Origin: an uncultured Candidatus Saccharibacteria bacterium
GTDB lineage: Bacteria > Patescibacteriota > Minisyncoccia > Phycocordibacterales > CALRHW01
NCBI GenBank assembly: GCA_964407105.1
Contig: CAYOUG010000002.1
Location: 76,003 to 140,002, forward strand
Length of the DNA: 64,000 nt
Direction of reading: 5' to 3'
Position numbers and translations under genes: made by a program. Under the pieces are notes generated by a model. It had not been told where the DNA came from. It saw only the letters and a program-made list of their open reading frames with translations, and searched no databases. Position 1 is the stretch's first letter. Each line of letters begins with the position of its first letter. Below are positions 20,049 through 29,385 of the stretch, in pieces.

Positions 20049-20528
20049 ATGTTAAATATAACTGCAATTGGTTTGTACATGATACTTTCTTCTGCTATTG
20101 GTGGTTCACCAGTGGTGGCTCAGGTTTCTGAAATACCAAAGGCAGAACCTCAGCTTATTGAAAAGACCAAAGAAGAAATCGAACAACCCCTAACCACTGA
20201 AGCTTATGTTCGAAATTATTTCTCGGATCTTCCAATTATGATTGAAATTTCTCGTTGTGAATCTGCTTTTCGTCAAAACGATGAAAAAGGAAACATTCTT
20301 CGTGGAATTAAAAATAATTTGGATGTTGGTGCTTTTCAGATTAACGAACATTATCATTCAAAAACAGCAAAAAAGATGGGTGTAAATCTACACACTGTCG
20401 AAGGTAATGCGCAATACGCTCGTTATCTTTACGAAAAAGAAGGTGCTCGTCCTTGGTTGTCGTCATCTAAATGTTGGTCACGATCAAATGAATTAGCAAA
20501 AGAAAATCCTTCTAAAATATACGAATAA
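20049..20528 (+). CDS. Secreted lysozyme-like/lytic transglycosylase protein
   Basis: Signal peptide; ISRCES catalytic Glu, GAFQIN, N..YARYLY, PW..S..CW. Confidence 0.75.
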   Translation: MLNITAIGLYMILSSAIGGSPVVAQVSEIPKAEPQLIEKTKEEIEQPLTTEAYVRNYFSDLPIMIEISRCESAFRQNDEKGNILRGIKNNLDVGAFQINEHYHSKTAKKMGVNLHTVEGNAQYARYLYEKEGARPWLSSSKCWSRSNELAKENPSKIYE

Positions 20529-20565
20529 AACAAAAAACCCGCACAATATGCGGGTTTTTTGTTTT
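20527..20565 (+). terminator. Intrinsic terminator
   Basis: AAAACAAAAAACCCGCA caata TGCGGGTTTTTTGTTTT. Confidence 0.9.
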
Positions 20566-20615
20566 TGGGGTTTTTCTGGGTTGTTTATTAGATTATTTAA
20601 TTAAATAAAAAAAGA

Positions 20616-20652
20616 AAAACTCACAGAACCTTTTTTGGTCGATGTGAGTTTT
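20616..20652 (-). terminator. Terminator hairpin of cassette C
   Basis: AAAACTCACA...TGTGAGTTTT with T-rich tail on minus strand. Confidence 0.65.
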
Positions 20653-20681
20653 CATTCGTTTTTTTGGGTTTTTCAGTAGAA

Positions 20682-20810
20682 TCACATCCCTTCATCCTCT
20701 TCTTTGGGAGTATCATTTAGGTGAATGTAAGACAACAAAATTCCAGCAATTCCAAACAGCACGAATGCTACGAGAGCAATTGCTATCACCATTTTTACTA
20801 TAAAGGCCAT
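20682..20810 (-). CDS. Small single-TM protein, 42 aa (cassette C), not in ORF track
   Basis: Hand translation MAFIVKMVIAIALVAFVLFGIAGILLSYIHLNDTPKEEDEGM; AAGAAAGGA SD; TTGAAA-16-TATAAT (20841-20868). Confidence 0.65.
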   Translation of the reverse strand: MAFIVKMVIAIALVAFVLFGIAGILLSYIHLNDTPKEEDEGM

Positions 20811-20907
20811 ATTTCCATGTCCTTTCTTTGGTCAGACTAGATTATAAGTTATTTTCAATATATTTCAAAGTCTGTATGTTTTTGTGATATTATCAATTAA
20901 CATTTTT

Positions 20908-21324
20908 ATGTTTGGAAAAATATTTAAAATAGTTAGAAAAAAAAGATTAAGACGACGCCGCCATATCGGAAGAAGGGGATACCTACAACACAAAGAGCAA
21001 GCGAGAACGCTTGTAAAAGAACGACTTGCACACTTTAATACATTTTATAAGTTTGATTTTAAAAAAGTATTTATTAAAAATCAAAAAAGTGTTTGGGGTA
21101 GTTGTTCAACGCGAAAAAATTTGAACTTTAATTATAAAATAATATTTTTATCTCCGCAGGTTGCCGATTATTTAATTGTGCATGAATTGTGTCATTTAAA
21201 AGAAATGAATCATCGTGCGGTCTTTTGGTCGCTTGTTGAAAAGACGGTTCCAAACTACAAGAAACTTCGTAAGGAATTGCGGGCTATCAATAGTGTGAAT
21301 ATCAATAATGTAAAGATAATATAA
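20908..21324 (+). CDS. YgjP/DUF45-like zinc metalloprotein
   Basis: KNQKSVWGSCS, YLIVHELCHLKEMNH..FW. Confidence 0.88.
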   Translation: MFGKIFKIVRKKRLRRRRHIGRRGYLQHKEQARTLVKERLAHFNTFYKFDFKKVFIKNQKSVWGSCSTRKNLNFNYKIIFLSPQVADYLIVHELCHLKEMNHRAVFWSLVEKTVPNYKKLRKELRAINSVNINNVKII

Positions 21325-21409
21325 AGACGATAGACATAAGAGACAAGTCGCACAATTTCCATATCACGATGTAATTATAACGACGCAAATAAAATGTGTA
21401 TAAAAAAGT

Positions 21410-21445
21410 AAACCCCCATCCGGTCTGTGCCGAATGGGGTTTTTT
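21410..21445. terminator. Bidirectional terminator at end of cassette D
   Basis: AAACCCCCAT.CGG..CCG.ATGGGGTTT. Confidence 0.75.
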
Positions 21446-21473
21446 GTAAGAGTTTGCCAGGCTCTCTTGCTTG

Positions 21474-21764
21474 CTAGAGAACATCTTCTTCCGTGGGGTT
21501 GTTGGTGCGAGAGCAGAGGTAAATGATCAAAAGGGGCGGTCCCAAAATCACTGCTCTGATGAATCCGGCAAAGCCCCTTACTTCGCGCTGTTCAAATGCC
21601 TCATCCGCAAAGAGCAACCCCACAAGCAACCAGATCGATCCCACGATCAACACGATATTGAAACCAGTAACTGGCCACAAGACCCACAGGTCTGTCGCTA
21701 GCAGAGCAGTTGCAATGAATACAACGCTTGCCCAGATGTTGTTGTTAAGAATATTTGTAGGCAC
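21474..21764 (-). CDS. Orphan 3-TM membrane protein (cassette D)
   Basis: GTG start 6 nt after AAGGAG; TTGACA at 21844-21849. Confidence 0.6.
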   Translation of the reverse strand: MPTNILNNNIWASVVFIATALLATDLWVLWPVTGFNIVLIVGSIWLLVGLLFADEAFEQREVRGFAGFIRAVILGPPLLIIYLCSRTNNPTEEDVL

Positions 21765-21880
21765 CCAACTCTCCTTGGAAAAAAGAAATACGTTAATAAG
21801 CCCAAGAACGCTATTAGCTTATATTGCTGTAATATAGACCATCTGTCAATGGGGTAGTAAGAGAGCCTTTATATAAGGAT

Positions 21881-21908
21881 ACGTCGCACAATATATCTTT
21901 TACGACAC
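21881..21908. other. Candidate dif (Xer recombination) site
   Basis: 11-6-11 ACGTCGCACAA TATATC TTTTACGACAC; quasi-palindromic; left arm resembles E. coli XerC arm GGTGCGCATAA; intergenic. Confidence 0.55.
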
Positions 21909-22455
21909 GTAAGTACGGGGCGGTTGGCAGCTTTAATTCAAACCACTTCCCCGGCGGTTAATTTTTGTTTTTTATAGATAGCTATAAATATGTAAATATA
22001 TTGTTTTTATTTATTATCTATCCCCGCGCCGTGGTTTACAGTTAAAAATTATTTTTTTATTTAACTATTATTAATAAAATTTTAATAAAACCCCCAAATT
22101 GATCATTTGTTTGGTTTTTATTGCAAAAAGCTGATTTTGTGTTTTTTCTATCAAAACCCATAAAAACGACCTCTTAAAATGCCCAAGGAGATGCTTAAAT
22201 ATTTTTAGATGATATCTCTATCATATATTTTTGTACCACTTTCTTTTTATTATTGTTTCTATATCTTTTTTATAATTAAAAACAGAAAAATCTAAAAACC
22301 ATAAGTATTTCTATAAAAATTAAATTTTCTGTAGCGCCACATCTTTTTGTTTTTTTGATTTACTAATTTTTTATAACGAAGATATTTAATGATATTTAGT
22401 GGTTGAATCAATATTAAAATTATTTTAATAAAAAATATAGATACAAAAAATAGAC

Positions 22456-22481
22456 ATAATACTTAACGTGCTAAGTATTAT
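22456..22481. promoter_or_regulatory. Perfect 10-6-10 palindrome resembling the ABC/MarR operator
   Basis: ATAATACTTA acgtgc TAAGTATTAT. Confidence 0.55.
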
Positions 22482-22554
22482 AATGATTAAAAATTCTACC
22501 ATCCACACACTTAATGCGGGGGCTTCTTAAAAAATAGGTTATACCCACTGTTTT

Positions 22555-23565
22555 TTATTGAGAATGAGAATAAATTTCTTTTGCTTGTTCCCAGAACTCT
22601 CCGTGCCCCCTGTCTTTCATCCAATACCACCACTCTATCCCCCACAAATATTGAGTATCAAATCCGGTTTGTTTTGCAAATTCAATAATTTCATTAAATT
22701 TTGATATATCCATACGACTGATTTGTATATCAAGTGGTGTTTCTGCTATTGGTTTTAAAAGCCACGGCTCTAAGGAAAGCTCACTAATTATTGCTGGTTT
22801 GTTGGATGTTAAAAGTTTAATAATATTATGTTTGATTCTAAAGAAAGCTGGTGTGATGGGATATCTCATTGCGCCAAAAGTATTGTTCCAAACATAAAGA
22901 TAAATACTTGTACCAAAAATATCAGATCTTTTATAAGCTTGATACCACAGACTCAACTCTCCACTATCAGTAAGTAAAATTGGTGTATCAAGATCAAGTG
23001 TGTGCACGAGTTTGATTTCCTTGTCAAAAAAATCTGTGTCAAAAAAATCTTTGCAATGATAGCGAGCGTAAAATCCTAAAAAGGCTTCATTTTCTACTTG
23101 CCAATACAATAAGTTTGGATAATCCCTATATCTTTTGACGACAGTTTCTATATATTCAAGTAGTGCTTGTTGTTTTTTTTCTACATCCAAATCATATACC
23201 CACTCTGGTTCGTGACATTCTGGCCAACCAGGTAAACGCCTACCAACAGTAAGAATTACTGATGCATTTCGTTTGAGAGCTTCGTCCATTTGAAAATCAA
23301 GTGCAGAAAAATCATATTCGTTATTTTTTGGTTCAATACCAGACCAATGCGCTGACAATCTAAATTTTTTGATTTTTAGTTCGTCTAGCGCTGATAAATA
23401 CACCTTTTTCCAATCTAGAGACAGCTCATCAGAATGAAGTTTGCTAAAAGAGACACCGTATGTAAACGCGCTGGGTGTTTTTTCAAGGGAAAGTATGAAA
23501 AGTATTGAAAAAATAATAATACATATCAACAAAAGTATAATTAGAATTTTTTTAAAACGATGCAT
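22555..23565 (-). CDS. Membrane-anchored clan GH-A glycoside hydrolase (TIM barrel)
   Basis: N-terminal TM, RLSAHWSGIEP..YDFS, WQVENE acid/base, ISEL nucleophile. Confidence 0.78.
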   Translation of the reverse strand: MHRFKKILIILLLICIIIFSILFILSLEKTPSAFTYGVSFSKLHSDELSLDWKKVYLSALDELKIKKFRLSAHWSGIEPKNNEYDFSALDFQMDEALKRNASVILTVGRRLPGWPECHEPEWVYDLDVEKKQQALLEYIETVVKRYRDYPNLLYWQVENEAFLGFYARYHCKDFFDTDFFDKEIKLVHTLDLDTPILLTDSGELSLWYQAYKRSDIFGTSIYLYVWNNTFGAMRYPITPAFFRIKHNIIKLLTSNKPAIISELSLEPWLLKPIAETPLDIQISRMDISKFNEIIEFAKQTGFDTQYLWGIEWWYWMKDRGHGEFWEQAKEIYSHSQ

Positions 23566-23590
23566 GATTTTTGTGGGATGTTATTTTGTT

Positions 23591-24493
23591 TTATGTGAAC
23601 AACACAATAAAACCAATAATAATAAGTGATGTGGCAGCAAGTTTGTGTAATATTTCACGTTTATGTCTTTTTTCAGATAAATATTCTCGCATTCTTTTTG
23701 GGAAAACAAGTGCAAAAATAAACAAAAACACATATTGTAAACTAGAAAGTGCATTTACGATTGATACATGATCTCCGAGTTTTGTGGCTATTAACACAAA
23801 CAAGAATGCTAAGCCAGCGAGAATTTTGCTATTAAGAATTAAAAATTTTCCCTTTGATGGGCCATGTTTTACATTGTGTACAATAGCATCCCAGTTGCCG
23901 GGCCACAAAAGTAATCCGAGTGCTCCTACCACATTTGCGATACGTGACCAAAAGAAACCGTTTGCAAATGAATCATCGTATAAAAATATAGCTTTAATAA
24001 GTACTATTGAAAGTCCAAAACCAACTCCAGAAAATAATAAATAAGCAAAAGATTTAAAAGAAAATTCGAAATGTGAAATTAAAATCATACCCATAACAAG
24101 AAACGCAAAACCGATAAAAAAATCTTTTGGCAACGCATCACCAAGTATAATAAAGCTAAATGTAAAAGTAGAAATCGCTGATACCGCTCCCACAACAGGA
24201 GTTACTTCTGATGGAGCTGAATCAGTTAGCGCTTCATATAGGCAAAGTATGGCGATAAGATAACTAAGTGCAGAAGAAAGTGAAAGCCAGATGATAGTAA
24301 ATGATGGTATTTTGATTGATCCAAACGGTAACATCACAAGTACCACTCCAGAAAGCAAACTAATATAAAAACTATATACTACAGGTTTTGTTCTCGAAGA
24401 AGATTTGTTGGTGACAATGTATTTATCAAAAAGTACAACAACAGCGCTCAATAATTGAGCAATTATGACAAATACCAACCATAGGTGTTCCAT
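23591..24493 (-). CDS. EamA/DMT family transporter
   Basis: About 10 TMs in two repeats, DKY, SEVTP, SIVNAL. Confidence 0.8.
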   Translation of the reverse strand: MEHLWLVFVIIAQLLSAVVVLFDKYIVTNKSSSRTKPVVYSFYISLLSGVVLVMLPFGSIKIPSFTIIWLSLSSALSYLIAILCLYEALTDSAPSEVTPVVGAVSAISTFTFSFIILGDALPKDFFIGFAFLVMGMILISHFEFSFKSFAYLLFSGVGFGLSIVLIKAIFLYDDSFANGFFWSRIANVVGALGLLLWPGNWDAIVHNVKHGPSKGKFLILNSKILAGLAFLFVLIATKLGDHVSIVNALSSLQYVFLFIFALVFPKRMREYLSEKRHKREILHKLAATSLIIIGFIVLFT

Positions 24494-24506
24494 ACCTGTA
24501 ATTAAA

Positions 24507-25655
24507 TCATATTTTTAATGCGTTGGCATCGCATATCTTTTTATATTCTAATGCAGATGGACGTACTGTGCGTGTTTGTGTTGCATAATTTATTTCTACC
24601 AAACCAAATCGTTTTTCAAAACCAAACGCCCACTCATAATTGTCGAGCAAAGACCAATAAAGATATCCACGGATGTCTACCCCACTTTCTAGTGCACGAT
24701 GCACAGCGTTAATGTGATCTTTTATAAAATCAGCTCGTTTATTATCAGAAACATCAGCGATGCCGTTTTCTACTACAATAACCGGTTTGTTATAGCGTTT
24801 AAGTTCAAGAAGAGTTTTATATAATCCATCGGGATATATATCCCAGCCCATGTCTGTTTTTTCATAAAATGCTTTATCGCCGAATTTTTTATGAAAATAA
24901 TAATTGAGGCCAATAAAATCCTGGTGGTCTTTTATGCCGTTTAAAAAACGACGATTCCAAAACCAATTCATAAACATAGCAGCTATTTGGTTGAAAGGAT
25001 TCCAGTTTGCATGAAAAAAGATATTGTTTTTTGCAACACCAATTTGCGCTTGGGGTTGAATTTTTTTCATTACCCCATAGGCTAAATTGTGTGCGTTTAT
25101 TAGATTACGAATTACACGTAAAAATAAAAAAATATTTTTTTTAAATGGTGGCCAGTTTCCTCTCATATATCCATTTGAAGAAAAAACAATGGGTTCGTTT
25201 AAAGTAAGCCACAATCCAGATTTATTTCCAAGCTTGTCCATTACATAACCACAATACCGCGCAAATATTTCAGGTGATTCTTTGTTTTCAAAACCACCCT
25301 TTTGCGACAACCACACCGGTAATGTGAAATGCCACATATTTACAATTGGACGAATATTTCTGCGATGTAATGCATCTAAAACTCTTTTATAGTGTTCAAT
25401 TTCTTTTTCATTAAATTCTCCCTCTTTTGGTTCTATACGTGCCCATTCAATAGAAATTTTATGAGTGTTTTGTCCGAGAAGTTGAATAATATCAAAATCT
25501 TTTTCATATAAATTATAATGATCACAAGCTTGTCCACACGCAGGTACTTTTCTTTCTCGCGCGCTTTGTGCCCAATCTGTATTTTCTATTCCACCCTCTA
25601 CTTGATATGACGCTGTAGCTGCACCCCAGAAAAATCCCTTAGGAAATGTTTTCAT
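24507..25655 (-). CDS. Glycoside hydrolase family 1
   Basis: FPKGFFWGAATASYQVEG, TLNEP, VENG, WSLLDNYEW..G...RFGL. Confidence 0.95.
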   Translation of the reverse strand: MKTFPKGFFWGAATASYQVEGGIENTDWAQSARERKVPACGQACDHYNLYEKDFDIIQLLGQNTHKISIEWARIEPKEGEFNEKEIEHYKRVLDALHRRNIRPIVNMWHFTLPVWLSQKGGFENKESPEIFARYCGYVMDKLGNKSGLWLTLNEPIVFSSNGYMRGNWPPFKKNIFLFLRVIRNLINAHNLAYGVMKKIQPQAQIGVAKNNIFFHANWNPFNQIAAMFMNWFWNRRFLNGIKDHQDFIGLNYYFHKKFGDKAFYEKTDMGWDIYPDGLYKTLLELKRYNKPVIVVENGIADVSDNKRADFIKDHINAVHRALESGVDIRGYLYWSLLDNYEWAFGFEKRFGLVEINYATQTRTVRPSALEYKKICDANALKI

Positions 25656-26539
25656 TAGTTTTCAAGACAGATATTAAAAAGTTTCACTTGATTATTATAC
25701 TGTGAAATTATTGCTTTTGTCTCGGTTATTTTTGTATTTACTTTTTTTACCAAATCATTATATTCAGCTACTTTTGTATTGTATTCTGATGGATTTTTAT
25801 CAGCGATATTTAGTTCGGCGTACAAAGTATCGGTTTTTGTTTTCAAAGCCTCAACATCTTTTTGGTGTAATTCAATGCTGGTTTTTAAACTCGTGCTCGG
25901 CTCTGTACAATCCGAAAGCGGTCGTCCAAAAATTTGCACAGCGATCCATATTTCATCTCCGTCATATAAACTTTTTTTAGCAGCGATACCAATTTCTCTG
26001 TATTTTTTACTTAAAATATTTTCTCTGTGGCCTGGGCTATTCATCCACGCTTGTACAAGTGCTGCATCGTCAGCAAAATTACCCAAAGCGATATTTTCTC
26101 CTATAGCAATATATTCATAACCAACATCAAGTGCATCATCTGAAGCACTTTCACCTGTAGGAGATACGTGTTCAAAATATTGTTTTTTAAACATATCGTT
26201 TACTCGCAAAAGAGCAATTTCATCTAGTTTTGCATTTCTTAAAAGTGGTGGATTTTCTGAGTTTTCTTCGCGGGCGGTGTTTGTGTTAAGCCAAATACCA
26301 TCTTCGGTAAGTATTGCATTTGAAGCTTTTTTATCCCCCCAAAGTGGGCCAGGACTTGAAATTTCTTTTGTAATTTGCAAGATTTTTTCACGAACAACAG
26401 ACTCGGCGTTTTTTAACGTTGTTTCAAGTGAACCTGAAAATAAGCCAAAATTAATATAAAAATATCCCAGTGCAAAAAAAACAATAATTCCACCAATCAC
26501 ATACCATGTTTTTTTAGATATTTGCTTCACAAACATCAT
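25655..26539 (-). CDS. CAP/SCP domain protein with C-terminal coiled coil
   Basis: YFEHVSP, GENIA, WMNSPGHRENIL. Confidence 0.9.
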   Translation of the reverse strand: MMFVKQISKKTWYVIGGIIVFFALGYFYINFGLFSGSLETTLKNAESVVREKILQITKEISSPGPLWGDKKASNAILTEDGIWLNTNTAREENSENPPLLRNAKLDEIALLRVNDMFKKQYFEHVSPTGESASDDALDVGYEYIAIGENIALGNFADDAALVQAWMNSPGHRENILSKKYREIGIAAKKSLYDGDEIWIAVQIFGRPLSDCTEPSTSLKTSIELHQKDVEALKTKTDTLYAELNIADKNPSEYNTKVAEYNDLVKKVNTKITETKAIISQYNNQVKLFNICLEN

Positions 26540-26571
26540 TTTATCACAAAAAAACAAAAAACATTTTTGTT

Positions 26572-26659
26572 TTTTGGCTAATTTACTAGTCCAGTAATCC
26601 TTCCCACCAGCTAAAAGTGAAATGAAGTACGATATATAGTGGACCGTAAATCGGCAAAA
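26572..26659 (-). ncRNA. Candidate structured RNA (long rod hairpin)
   Basis: Minus strand UUUUGCCGAUUUACGGUCCA pairs with UGGACUAGUAAAUUAGCCAAAA including G-U pairs; inner CUUC/GAAG. Confidence 0.35.
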
Positions 26660-26721
26660 GTAAGAAAAATAAAATAATTTTAAACGCCTTCATGGCGGTA
26701 TACTATATCTTATTTATAAGA

Positions 26722-26922
26722 TTATGAAAAGAGTCCCGAGATGCTCTTCCATAATGTTGTCACAATTTCTTTTATATATGCTAGAGCCTTCTGAAAACGT
26801 GCAGATTGAAGCCACGCAAGAACATCTACTTTGAAAACAAATTTGAGAAGCACAAGTGCAATAATAATAACTGCGATCTCCATAATAATCCCTCTTTTGT
26901 AATTTTGTTTTTGTATTGTCAT
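26722..26922 (-). CDS. Small membrane protein
   Basis: Single TM plus amphipathic helix; TACAAT 7 nt before ATG. Confidence 0.6.
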   Translation of the reverse strand: MTIQKQNYKRGIIMEIAVIIIALVLLKFVFKVDVLAWLQSARFQKALAYIKEIVTTLWKSISGLFS

Positions 26923-26981
26923 GATGTGTATTGTATATAGTATAATACATATACTTTTTCGCGCATCTTATTCATCAACAC

Positions 26982-28091
26982 ATGAAAGAAGATATAAAAA
27001 ACAAAAAAATAACAGAAGTTGAAATACGAGAAGTTTTCGATTCTACTTCATTTGATTCTTTTTTACCCTTTCCCTCTACTCCTTTTACGCAAGCCTTTTT
27101 TTATGGAGAATGGCAAAAACAAAGCGGAAGAAATGTTTGGAGATTTTTTGTAATAGATGGTGGCGTGTGTATTGGCATTTTTCAGATTATTTCTTTTGGA
27201 CTACCGTTTGGAAAATGTTGTATGTATATTCCATATGGACCAGTGTTTACAAAAACACCATCAGAAAATGTTCTTTTAGAACTTAAATATTTTTTAAAAA
27301 AGTTCGGAAAAAAACACGGAGCGATTTTTGTGAGAACGGATTTTTCTTTTGCGTCGATGTTTGAAAAAAGTGAAGGCGACGTCCCACTCAATAATCAACA
27401 AAATATTTTTAAAGAGAAGACAAATATGTTGGGTGACATTTTTGTTACACCATCTCACGCAACATATCATGCATCTTTTTTACAGCCACGCCTTGAGTGG
27501 TATATAGATCTTGCTCAGGATGAAGAAAAAATTTTGCAAGCAATGCACAAAAATACTCGCTACAGTATTCGTGTAGCAGAAAAAAATATTGTAAATGTAG
27601 AAATTGTTACAAAAAACTTAAACGCATATTTTGATGTTTTTTATGAAGTTTTATCTGAAACGGCAAAACGTGATCATTTTCATCTTCATTCGAAAAAATA
27701 TTACCAAGCCATTTTTGATCAGTGTGGAAAAGGTGATAATGCTGTGCTCGTGCTCGGTTCATTTCAAGGAAAAATACTTGCTGTAAATTTAATTATTTTG
27801 TATGGAGATACGGCGATGTTTATTTTTGGTGGTACGCGAGATGTAAATCGTGAAGTAATGCCAGCGTATGCGGTGCAGTGGAAAACAATAAAATTTTTAC
27901 GTGAACAAAATTATAAATGGTATAACCTCGGTGGCGTTAGTGATGATGCTGATAAAAATGTTTCGTGGAAAGGACTAACTGCGTTTAAAAAACGTTTTGG
28001 TGGCATACTCGTACGACACTCTGATTTTTATGATGTGGTGGTAAATCCCGTTTGGTATTTTCTATATAGTTTATATAAAAGAGTAAAATAA
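26982..28091 (+). CDS. FemABX-family peptidoglycan bridge aminoacyltransferase
   Basis: PFTQ..FYGEWQ, YIPYGP, KNTRYSIRVA, GLTAFKKRFGG. Confidence 0.9.
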   Translation: MKEDIKNKKITEVEIREVFDSTSFDSFLPFPSTPFTQAFFYGEWQKQSGRNVWRFFVIDGGVCIGIFQIISFGLPFGKCCMYIPYGPVFTKTPSENVLLELKYFLKKFGKKHGAIFVRTDFSFASMFEKSEGDVPLNNQQNIFKEKTNMLGDIFVTPSHATYHASFLQPRLEWYIDLAQDEEKILQAMHKNTRYSIRVAEKNIVNVEIVTKNLNAYFDVFYEVLSETAKRDHFHLHSKKYYQAIFDQCGKGDNAVLVLGSFQGKILAVNLIILYGDTAMFIFGGTRDVNREVMPAYAVQWKTIKFLREQNYKWYNLGGVSDDADKNVSWKGLTAFKKRFGGILVRHSDFYDVVVNPVWYFLYSLYKRVK

Positions 28092-28096
28092 AAAAA

Positions 28097-29383
28097 TTAA
28101 AAATACGGGAAAGGATCTAAGTAAGCATTTTGGCTAGCAATAGGAATTCTCATGTTTTTGCAGTTTACGCTGTTTACCAAAGGTTGAACACTTACACCCT
28201 GACTAGCAAATAGACTAAGGTGCAAATGTGGACCAGTAGAATAGCCTGTAGAGCCGCTATAAGCGACAATATCCCCCGTTTTGACCTTATCCCCAGCTTT
28301 GGCCGTTACAAGGCTTAAATGGCCATATACGCTCGCTAAACCGTTGTAATGGCGGATAAATACCCATTTACCATATGAGTAGCAACCACTCTTTAAATCG
28401 GTGTTTCCAGTCTCTTCTACTACCCCAGAAAGCACCGCTCTCACAGGGGTGCCTTTTGTTACGCCAAAATCAATCCCATTGTGCCCCTTTCCGTTGTATG
28501 CGCCTGTTTTTGAAAAGCTGGTATCACCAAAATATTGCGTTATTATTACCTTATCAACCGGCCAAGAAAGCAATCCTTTTAAAGCTTTTGGAATACTGTT
28601 TGGATCTATTGCAATTTTAATTTGTGATTCAATATCAAAAATTTCTTTTTGAAAAGCATCATAAAGTGCTTTTTTTTCTGCTATCATTTTTTTGTAAGTT
28701 GCTTCTTCGTTTTTTGTAGTGATGAGAAGCATTGCTTTGTCTTGCTTGTTGATATCAACAATTTTCTTTTTATCAACAAGTTGATTTTTTAAATCCTCAA
28801 GATCTGCCTTAAGTGATTTACTTTTTTCTTGTTTTGTTTCAAGTTCTGTTTTGTAATCATGCAAAGTATTTGCTTGTTCTTGAATGCTTGTTTGAAATTT
28901 TTGCATCATTTCTATGTTGTCCCAAAGTGCAGATAAACTGGTTTTAGAAAGAATAATTTCAATAAGCGAATTATTTTCTGCTGAGTTTATTTCTCGAAGT
29001 GTCTGTGCAACCGTACGCATATTTCGATCAATTTTTTGTTCTTTTGCGTCTATTTCGAGTCCGATTTCTTGAATATTTAAATCAGTTTTACTAATTTTGT
29101 TTTCGGTTACTTTTACTTCGGTGCTAAGTTTTTTTGCGGAAGTATCTAATATTTGAATTGTGTTTTGAAGTGTTTTACTTTGATTGTTTACAACCTGAAC
29201 TTTTTTATCAAGAATTTCTATTTCTTTATTTAGTGCGTCAATCTGACTTGCTTTTTCAGCAATATTTTTTTGGAGTTCTTCTATTGTTGCAGCGTGTGCT
29301 TGTGGTGTAAAAAAAGATACGCTTTGTAAAACGAGCGTGATTACACAAAAAGAAGTAAAAATATATGTAACACTTTTTCTCAT
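28097..29383 (-). CDS. Coiled-coil M23 peptidase (EnvC/PcsB-like)
   Basis: Signal peptide, long coiled coil, HNGID and TGPHLH intact. Confidence 0.9.
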   Translation of the reverse strand: MRKSVTYIFTSFCVITLVLQSVSFFTPQAHAATIEELQKNIAEKASQIDALNKEIEILDKKVQVVNNQSKTLQNTIQILDTSAKKLSTEVKVTENKISKTDLNIQEIGLEIDAKEQKIDRNMRTVAQTLREINSAENNSLIEIILSKTSLSALWDNIEMMQKFQTSIQEQANTLHDYKTELETKQEKSKSLKADLEDLKNQLVDKKKIVDINKQDKAMLLITTKNEEATYKKMIAEKKALYDAFQKEIFDIESQIKIAIDPNSIPKALKGLLSWPVDKVIITQYFGDTSFSKTGAYNGKGHNGIDFGVTKGTPVRAVLSGVVEETGNTDLKSGCYSYGKWVFIRHYNGLASVYGHLSLVTAKAGDKVKTGDIVAYSGSTGYSTGPHLHLSLFASQGVSVQPLVNSVNCKNMRIPIASQNAYLDPFPYF

Positions 29384-29385
29384 TA

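Noticed and set aside
21909-22554. oriC candidate (AT-rich gap)
   Set aside because: No cluster of good DnaA boxes, no dnaA nearby, and flanking genes converge rather than diverge.
28097-28600. Higher GC in the M23 domain suggesting a recombined patch
   Set aside because: Explainable by a Gly/Pro/His-rich domain versus the Lys/Glu-rich coiled coil.
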